DNA of 64,000 nucleotides, from assembly GCA_000092065.1 (NCBI GenBank), contig CP000594.1. One strand, written 5' to 3'. The position numbers were made by a program, and so were the translations under genes. The stretch comes from Ostreococcus lucimarinus. Lineage: Eukaryota. The stretch's first letter is position 1, and the number at the start of each line of letters is the position of its first letter. Positions 57,186 through 64,000 of this stretch are shown one piece after another. Under the pieces are notes generated by a model. The model was not told the DNA's origin and searched no databases. It saw only the letters and a program-made list of their open reading frames with translations.

Positions 57186-60143
57186 ATGGACTTCGTCGCG
57201 CGCGCGCGGGCGAGGGAGACGCCGCGCGGAGGAGGACAGGAGGCGACGACGTCGGCGACGTCGGGAAGGGAGATTTTGCTGCGCGAGGCGAGGGACGCGA
57301 GAGACGCGCGGCGGTGGGCGCGCGAGCGCGCGAGCGCGGCGGTGCGGTGTCAACGCGCGCGTCGGAGGCACGTGGCGCGACGGGAGGCGACGCGGCGGGA
57401 GATCGAGGCGTTGGACGCGGTGATTGAGAGAATGGCGAGGGAGGCGAACGCGAACGCGAACGCGAACGCGAAGGCGACCGTCGCGTTTTTCGACGTCGCG
57501 ATCGCGATCTTGCGCAGGAGGGGAAGTTTTAAGGAAATGGGACTCGAACGTGCGTTCCGAGCGTACGCGCTGGCGCTGAAGTGGGTGGAGGGATTGCGAA
57601 TGGGATACGACGCCGGGACGCTCGAGGCGCTCGCGACGAACGCGTTGGCGACGGCGAGCGACGAAGACGCGAGGGCGCGTTTACCGGCACTCGTGGCGTG
57701 TGCGGTGAAATTCGCGTGCGGATTGTGTGATGCGGATGAAAATTTGGCGGCGCGCGTGCACGGTGCGGTGTGTGAGGCGTTGACGGTGGTGTTGGAGGCG
57801 GACGGGTTCGAGCATCGCGCCGTCGTGGCGCGAGCGCTCGCGCCGTCGGCGTTTGCGCCGTTGACGAGCGGTGGTGACGACGCGTCGTTCAGCGCGCTCG
57901 CTGTGCGTTTGCTCGGCATACCGCAGTTGCGAACAAATCTACCTGCCGATGCCGTGCGCATTCTGGAAGAGCCGAAAACGTTGACGCGCGTGCTCCGCGC
58001 GTGTTCGGCGAGACGCAATCGAGGCGCCGAGTGCGCGATTGAAAACGTTCTCGCGTTGATGTGCAAAGGCAGTAAGGGAGGCGAAAACGTTCGAGCTTTC
58101 GCGGAAGCGGATGATGATAACAGTGTCACGGCATTGCGCGCGCTCGCAGAGTTGTCCGCGAGCGCGCGAGCGCAATCAGCGAATTGGCACAGTCGACTGT
58201 CAAGCGAAAGTCGATTTCGAGCGAGCGCGACGAACGCGATGAGCGAGACGTGGTTTTTGGCGAGCTTAGTCGGCGGAAACGACGGGTGCATCGCATCGCC
58301 CGATAAAGCAGCCGAAGTGGCGTCGCTTTACGCCGAGTTGTCGCGCGCGAATAAAGATGGAGTGTATTCGGCGTGCGCTTTTTCACCTGGCTACTTGCAC
58401 TCGCTGTGGAACCATCTCGCGCGAGCGTTGTCGCTGCCAAGCAAAGTCTCAGACTCTGATCGTGCGTCGTGGGTCGCCTCGACGTTCGCGCACCGAGGCA
58501 TATTAGATTTATCACACTCCGAGCTGGAGAGATTTGGTTATTTCTGCTCGGCGTACACGTACCTTCTCGTCGTTTTGCGAGACAAGCAATTCTTTGAAGA
58601 GCAAAAGCCGTTCTCGCTGGACGAGCAGCGAGCCATAGCGGTGGCTGTGAACACTTTGATTGTTCGCTCGCATGCGTCGAATCAAGTACACTTAATCACA
58701 GAAGATATGAAGCGGTCTATAAATGCCGCGAGTGAGTTACTTCACGCGCTCACCACGCGCGATGCGCGACGCGCCTTTGCGCCGAAGGAATTGTGGCTTG
58801 CGCCGAATTCCATGGAGCTCGAGCCAGCAGTCGCCGCGTCGGCTTTGCAATCACAAATCGACGGCGGCGCGCCGACACAAATCACGGGTTTGCTGAACGA
58901 TTGTCCACATGCTTTGTCCTTCGACGAACGAGTGAAGATATTTCGTGAACTCATCAAGGCCGACAGACTCAAGGCTGGATATAGACCACAAGCCGGCGGT
59001 GCGGACGCGGCGCACGGCGATACATTTGCGCGGCCGGTGGCGCAGGTGACACTGCGACGCGAGAGCGTACTAGAGGATACGCTCACGTCAGTTTTACCTC
59101 TCGGTGCGAAAGCTCGAGGACGCATACTCGTGAAATTCGTCAACGCTGCGGGTCAAGAAGAGGCTGGCATTGACGCCGGAGGTTTATTCAAAGAGCTCCT
59201 CAGTCAAGTCACCGAACAAGGCCTCGACCCGAACCGCGGGTTGTTTCAGTCCAACGCCACTGGACTGATTTATCCGAGCCCTCGCGCAGGAGACACGCAC
59301 GAAGGGATATTGCTTCTTGAGATGATTGGAATGATGATCGGAAAGGGAATGTACGAAGGTATTTTGCAGGACATAAACATGGCACCATTCTTCGCGGCGC
59401 ACGTTTTGGGAACAGCGCGAACGATTGACGACATTCCCAGCCTTGATGAAGATCTGGCGCGATCGATCGTACAAATATTAGAATATGAAGGTGATGTCGC
59501 CGATCTGTGTTTAGACTTCACTTGCAGCGAAGAGATTTATGGCGAGCTTGTGACCAGAGAACTCGTCGCCGGCGGGAGAGACGTTGAAGTGACGGCGGCG
59601 AACAAATTATTCTACGTCTTCTCACTAGCAGATTACCACTTGAATCGACGCATTGCGACGCCAATGCTCGCTTTCATGCGAGGTCTAACGAAAATCATCA
59701 ATCAACGCTGGCTCAGGCTGTTCAATGTGACAGAGTTGAGTCTACTTCTCAGCGGCGGTGAATCCGCGATAGACGTCGACGATTGGGAGCTCCACACAAG
59801 ATACTCGGGTGGATATTCGTCCTCGAGCGCGACGGTGCGCAACTTTTGGCGCGTGATGCGAAAATTTACCCCAAAACAGCGCCAAGACGTCTTAAAATTC
59901 GTTACGTCGTCACCAAGACCACCGCTCCAAGGATTCAAGCACCTCAATCCGCCCTTTGTCATTCACAAAGTTCGCTGTGAGGCTTCGATGTTCGCCTACT
60001 TCGGCGCTACCGACGTGCGTCGCCTTCCCAGCGCCAGCACGTGTTTCAATATGCTCAAGCTTCCAAATTACCGCCGCGCGTCGACGCTGGAAAAATCCGT
60101 GTCGTACGCCTCGCAATCTCGAGCCGGTTTCGAGCTTAGTTAA
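57186..60143 (+). CDS. HECT-domain E3 ubiquitin ligase (UBE3B/UBE3C / UPL6-like, IQ-like N-terminus), 985 aa
   Basis: The C-terminal HECT domain ends ...LPSASTCFNMLKLPNYRRASTLEKSVSYA with the catalytic-Cys context. An N-terminal basic IQ-like segment is AAVRCQRARRRHVARRE. Confidence 0.9.
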   Translation: MDFVARARARETPRGGGQEATTSATSGREILLREARDARDARRWARERASAAVRCQRARRRHVARREATRREIEALDAVIERMAREANANANANAKATVAFFDVAIAILRRRGSFKEMGLERAFRAYALALKWVEGLRMGYDAGTLEALATNALATASDEDARARLPALVACAVKFACGLCDADENLAARVHGAVCEALTVVLEADGFEHRAVVARALAPSAFAPLTSGGDDASFSALAVRLLGIPQLRTNLPADAVRILEEPKTLTRVLRACSARRNRGAECAIENVLALMCKGSKGGENVRAFAEADDDNSVTALRALAELSASARAQSANWHSRLSSESRFRASATNAMSETWFLASLVGGNDGCIASPDKAAEVASLYAELSRANKDGVYSACAFSPGYLHSLWNHLARALSLPSKVSDSDRASWVASTFAHRGILDLSHSELERFGYFCSAYTYLLVVLRDKQFFEEQKPFSLDEQRAIAVAVNTLIVRSHASNQVHLITEDMKRSINAASELLHALTTRDARRAFAPKELWLAPNSMELEPAVAASALQSQIDGGAPTQITGLLNDCPHALSFDERVKIFRELIKADRLKAGYRPQAGGADAAHGDTFARPVAQVTLRRESVLEDTLTSVLPLGAKARGRILVKFVNAAGQEEAGIDAGGLFKELLSQVTEQGLDPNRGLFQSNATGLIYPSPRAGDTHEGILLLEMIGMMIGKGMYEGILQDINMAPFFAAHVLGTARTIDDIPSLDEDLARSIVQILEYEGDVADLCLDFTCSEEIYGELVTRELVAGGRDVEVTAANKLFYVFSLADYHLNRRIATPMLAFMRGLTKIINQRWLRLFNVTELSLLLSGGESAIDVDDWELHTRYSGGYSSSSATVRNFWRVMRKFTPKQRQDVLKFVTSSPRPPLQGFKHLNPPFVIHKVRCEASMFAYFGATDVRRLPSASTCFNMLKLPNYRRASTLEKSVSYASQSRAGFELS

Positions 60144-60205
60144 ACGTAGCCGCTTGTAGCAAGCTCGAGCGCACGAGCCAAACCACACACATCGCCGCTC
60201 GCGCG

Positions 60206-60535
60206 ATGCCCAAACGCCGCGGTAAATCCGGTCGTAAACACGACGGTCCGACGCTCCCCGGCGTGCTGTTCCGCCAGCTCGACGGTTTCGACGACGGCGG
60301 CACCGACGGTGTCCCGACCAAAAAGCGCACCGACCCGAAACTCGACCGAAAGGCGCGCCGAAACGCCGCCAAGGCGGAAGCGGCGAAGAAACGCCAGGCG
60401 AGCGCGAAGTGGAAGGCTGACGGCGCGGCGCGGCGCCGAGAATCGCGGCAGACGAGCGACGACAAACGCACGGTGGCGACGAACGCGCACGCCGGCGGCG
60501 GCTCGAAGATTTCCGTCGACGACGACGATGGACGC

Positions 60536-60572
<37 letters not shown>

Positions 60573-62617
60573 AAAGAGATAGAGCTGAAAAGAAACGTGC
60601 GGTCAATACGTCGGAGGCCGCGGTGAAGCGGGTCAAGACGGTGAAGGAGTCGAAGACGACCATGCGCGCTTCGATGCGAGAGGCGTATGAGCGGGACGAG
60701 GCGAACGCGAGACGGTTGGAGAAGAAGCTGAAGGGAAGGAAAGGACCGGACGATGGGTTGGATTCTTTGTTCGAGGGATTGCCCGGTATGGACTTTTTGG
60801 AGGAGGAATACGGCGAGGATGATGAAGAGGCAGAGGGGAGCGAAGACGATGAAGAGGGCGAGGACGACGAGAGCGATGAGAGCGATGAGAGCGATGACGA
60901 AGAGGAAGAAGAGAGCGGAGACGAAGATTTGGGCGACGAGGACGCTGAAAACGAGATACAAGGGCATGAAACAAAAATGTCTGATCCGACGGCGAACACG
61001 GGGAAGTATATACCGCCGGCACAACGTGCATTGATGGCGGCCGCCGCGGGGAAATCGCCCGGCTTTGAGCAGTGCGCGAGGCAAATCAGAGGTTTGATGA
61101 ATAGAATGGGCGAGGCGAACGTGGCCGGCATCGTCAACGATGTCTCAGATTTAGCGCAAAAGTATCCTCGCTTGGAAGTGTGCGACGCAGCGACGAAAGA
61201 AATCATGGTTGCCCTCACCGAGGGGCCTCGCGCGAGCGACCAATACTCCGCCGCCATCGCGGGCTTCGTCGCCGGCATTGCGGGCTCCATCGGGCCTGAA
61301 GCTGGCGCGCGCTTCGGCTCGGCCATTTGCGTAAGATTAGAACAAGAGCAAATGGATGGAAAGGCGAGATCATGTAGCAACATAGTGAACGTTCTCGCGA
61401 GATTGTACACGTGCGGGCTGTTTCCGTCGGCGTGTTGTTACGGTTTTCTAGTCACCTTGGCCAAGAGTTTGAGTGAGCTCGACTCTACGCTCATGCTCAC
61501 CTTGCTTCGCATCGCAGGGAACCGCTTGCGTTCAGAAGATCCAGTGGGGATGAAAGAGTTCATCTTGGCTTTGCAAGCACGCGTGGCTGAGTTACAGAAG
61601 GAGCGCGGCGACGGCGAAGACGGCGGCCAACTCTCAAAGCGCGCACGCTTGATGCTCGAGATGGTCATCGATTTGAAAAACAACAAGAAGCGAGACAGCG
61701 CACAAGATGTCGGTAAAGATCAGTGGGGCTTCCCTGTCGCGCTCAGCAAGTGGTTGCGGGGGACAAACGTGGGCGAGGCTACCGTGGCGCTTCGCGCATT
61801 GACGTACGAAAAGCTCATCAAAACTGAGAGTCAGAAAGGCCAGTGGTGGTTACCCGACGCCGCAGGAACTGCAGAGTGGTTCGCGGCGCGTGCAGCGCAA
61901 GGTGCGATCACCGAACAAGCTGGGAAGACACGCGAGGGTGGTGAGTTGCTTCAACTTGCGAAGAAGATGCGAATGAACACAGAAACGCGTCGAGCCATTT
62001 TTTGCGTCGTCATGGGCGCAGATGATTTTGCCGATGCTCTCGAGCGTTTACTGCGCTTACCACTCGCTGACAAGCAAGATCGTGAAATTCCTCGCGTTCT
62101 GCTCGAGTGCTGTCTTCAAGAAAAGGCGTACAATCCGTACTACGAGGTTCTCGCCAGCAAATTGTGCGAGCGTCAGCGCTCGCATCGGCTGACGTTTCAG
62201 CTCTGCATTTGGGATCAGCTCAAAGAGATCGACGATCCGTCATCTTCGGTCAGACGCATATCGAACATGGCGCGATTTTTTGCCGGATTGGTGCTTTCAG
62301 GTGCGCTCGCACCGACTGCGCTCAAGGCTTTGGAATTCGGCGTCGACATCGCGCCGCGCGTCGCGCTCCATCACAAGCTCTTCCTCCAAACTGTCCTAGA
62401 CGATCGCTCGCGAACGTCTGCCGCAGATAGCCTCTTCCAAAGGATTGCTGTCCACCCAGAACTCATGTCCGCCAAGGCTGGCTTCTTACGACTTCTTCGT
62501 GATCCTGCGTCGCTGGCCGCCGTCGCCGTCGGCGGCTCGAGCGATCCTAAAGCCGCCGCCAAGCGGCTCGCTGCGCGCGCCGGTGCGGCGCGCAACCTCC
62601 TCGGTGGCGTCTCGTGA
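60206..62617 (+). CDS. NOM1/SGD1-like nucleolar protein with MIF4G and MA3 domains, 803 aa
   Basis: Basic/acidic N-terminus. The MIF4G-like region is IRGLMNRMGEANVAGIVNDV... and the MA3-like region is TETRRAIFCVVMGADDFADALERLLRL...QEKAYNPYYEVLASKLCE. Confidence 0.75.
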
Positions 62618-62764
62618 TGATAGCACTATTTAGTAATTCACATTCCTAGCGAAATATACACATCCTCGGCGAATGCATCGGCACCGAAGTCGTCCGAATC
62701 CGTCGCGACGGCGCGACTTCGATGCTAACCCTCGTCGCTCGACCACTCTGGCGCTCGCGCGACG

Positions 62765-63772
62765 ATGTCGTCGTCGTCCGTCGCGACTCGATGCGCGCGC
62801 CTCGCACGAGCGATGGTCACGCCGCTCATCGAACGCCCCGCGCGCGCGCTATCGTCCTCGTGCGCGCACGCCGACGCGGCGGCGCGCGACGTCGCGACGA
62901 TCGCCGGCGGCTCGACCGCGAGTTCGACCGCGAATCCAGCGCGCGCACGACGCGAACGCGCGAGCGGCGCGCGCGCGAGCGCGACTGGGATGTTTGTGCG
63001 CGAGTACGCGGCGCGTGGGCGGACGTTCGCGTCGACGTCGGGGTCGGGAGACGAGGGCGAAGGCGCCGAAGGCGACGCGAGTGAAGCCGCCGCGAGCGAA
63101 AGCGTGACGGAGGAGAAAACGATGACCACGGAGAGCGCTGAGGATGGTGGGTGGGTGTTCGGGATAAAAAACCAGCGAAGACCGACCAGGAGGGATAAAG
63201 GGTCGTACGATGGATTCTTGACGGAGATGGATTCGTATCCCACGCGTCACGACGTTCGGGACGTGTACAACGCTCGAGAGTGGGTGGAGGCGAGTCTGGA
63301 AGAGAGCTGCGCGCGAGCGGAGGAACTCATCGATAAGATGATGCGTGGTGTGAGAGAGGGCGAAGAGTTGGCGGCGAAGTACGCCGATGTGTTCCCGAAG
63401 ACGCTCGGTGAAGAAGTCGATCCGGAAGCGGTGTTGACGTGGACGAGCGAATTCATCATGGAGCCGGGAGACGAGCAGGAGCACCCGCTCAACTGGAAGG
63501 TTTCGATGGAAGTGAACCTGAGCGAGTTACAGCGCGTCACTGGTTTAAGCGATGAGGCTATCGAGTACATCAAGCTGTTGGTGGACAAGAGGTACAACGC
63601 GAAGCAAGACGTATTGCGGATTGTGTGCCGAAGAAACGCCAATCGCGAGCACAACAGACAGTGGTGCTTAAAGGTGCTGTACGATTTAATTCAAGAAGGC
63701 AATAGAGAGTACCCTAGCGACTCTTATCAGTTTACTGGGAATTTAGGAGGCGACAACGCGGGCGAGGCGTAA
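62765..63772 (+). CDS. Mitochondrial small-subunit ribosomal protein S35 (MRP-S35/S24 family)-like, 335 aa
   Basis: ATG ORF with a targeting-like N-terminus. EHPLNWKVSMEVNLSELQRVTGLSDEAIEYIKLLVDKRYNAKQDVLRIVCRRNANREHNRQWCLKVLYDLIQEG matches the family pattern as I recall it. Confidence 0.6.
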   Translation: MSSSSVATRCARLARAMVTPLIERPARALSSSCAHADAAARDVATIAGGSTASSTANPARARRERASGARASATGMFVREYAARGRTFASTSGSGDEGEGAEGDASEAAASESVTEEKTMTTESAEDGGWVFGIKNQRRPTRRDKGSYDGFLTEMDSYPTRHDVRDVYNAREWVEASLEESCARAEELIDKMMRGVREGEELAAKYADVFPKTLGEEVDPEAVLTWTSEFIMEPGDEQEHPLNWKVSMEVNLSELQRVTGLSDEAIEYIKLLVDKRYNAKQDVLRIVCRRNANREHNRQWCLKVLYDLIQEGNREYPSDSYQFTGNLGGDNAGEA

Positions 63773-63891
63773 ACTCACTTTTATTAATATCATCGGAGCG
63801 CCGATTTTAGAAAATAATTCTTGGTTTGTTTTATTGACACCGTACACTTGTTCGCGATCTACCCGACCAGCGAATGAATGAATGGAAGCGT

Positions 63892-64000
63892 TTACTTCTT
63901 CGATTCATCCGCATACTTGCCCTTCATGACCCCGTACAAGCCCGCACCGACGATGGCGATGGCGGAACCGACCAGCGTTTGCGTGGAAATCTTGTTTCCG
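63892..64000 (-). CDS. 3' end of a DMT-superfamily (triose-phosphate / nucleotide-sugar transporter-like) gene, partial at the window edge
   Basis: The minus-strand reading ...GNKISTQTLVGSAIAIVGAGLYGVMKGKYADESKK* is a typical last TM helix plus basic tail. Only 36 codons are visible. Confidence 0.4.
   Translation of the reverse strand, partial: GNKISTQTLVGSAIAIVGAGLYGVMKGKYADESKK

Noticed and set aside
56133-57371. Long ORFs (412, 419, 217, 193 aa and others) overlapping the ABCF 5' end, the UBA-like gene and the HECT 5' end.
   Set aside because: Their translations are low-complexity and R/A/S/P-rich. They lie antisense to or out of frame with well-supported genes. Stop-poor alternative frames are expected in such GC-rich DNA.
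60136-61410. 424-aa and 314-aa minus-strand ORFs antisense to the NOM1/SGD1-like gene. Similar cases are 51885-52763, 51478-52008, 57350-58291 and 62725-63484.
   Set aside because: Same reasoning: GC-driven open frames with poly-S/poly-R composition, opposite genes that have clear domain signatures.

Overview
This window reads as eukaryotic nuclear DNA. It is most consistent with a very GC-rich prasinophyte (Mamiellophyceae, Micromonas-like) green alga. That is an inference from the compact, intron-poor genes, the extremely GC-rich housekeeping genes, the DUF285/BspA-like repeat proteins and the plant-type telomere-like AAACCCTA motifs. No rRNA, convincing tRNA, CRISPR array or prokaryotic operon structure was seen.

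The window has two compartments.

(1) About 1-51,000 is visibly less GC-rich and repeat-rich (judged by eye, not computed), so it looks accessory. It holds very large uninterrupted genes for membrane-anchored surface proteins:
- a 5,156-aa mosaic protein with TSP1, PAN/Apple, trefoil-like, FN2-like and discoidin-like modules plus DUF285 LRRs;
- a protein of about 2,236 aa combining DUF285 LRRs with a multi-pass TM region;
- a 2,136-aa lectin-like protein with F-type-lectin, tectonin-like and beta/gamma-crystallin-like repeats.

It also holds a divergent ferritin / metallothionein-like gene pair, several recurrent intergenic sequence modules, and four loci of one repeat family.

(2) About 51,200-64,000 is very GC-rich and tightly packed with housekeeping genes: RbfA-like, mitochondrial carrier, ABCF ATPase, HECT E3 ligase, NOM1/SGD1-like and a mito-ribosomal S35-like protein.

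The main candidate for something new is a cassette of about 3.4-3.7 kb.
- It occurs as two full-length copies (15.1-18.6 kb and 43.4-47.1 kb) whose helicase proteins differ at 13 of 736 residues by my manual alignment.
- It also occurs as two truncated fragments (1.5-3.1 kb and 4.3-5.7 kb).
- It encodes a PrimPol (AEP primase) / Zn-ribbon / D5-like SF3 helicase fusion and a GIY-YIG nuclease, separated by an iteron-plus-AT-rich, origin-like spacer.
- No integrase, transposase, RT, PolB or capsid gene accompanies any copy.

All domain calls come from motif recognition by eye. No database or profile search could be run.
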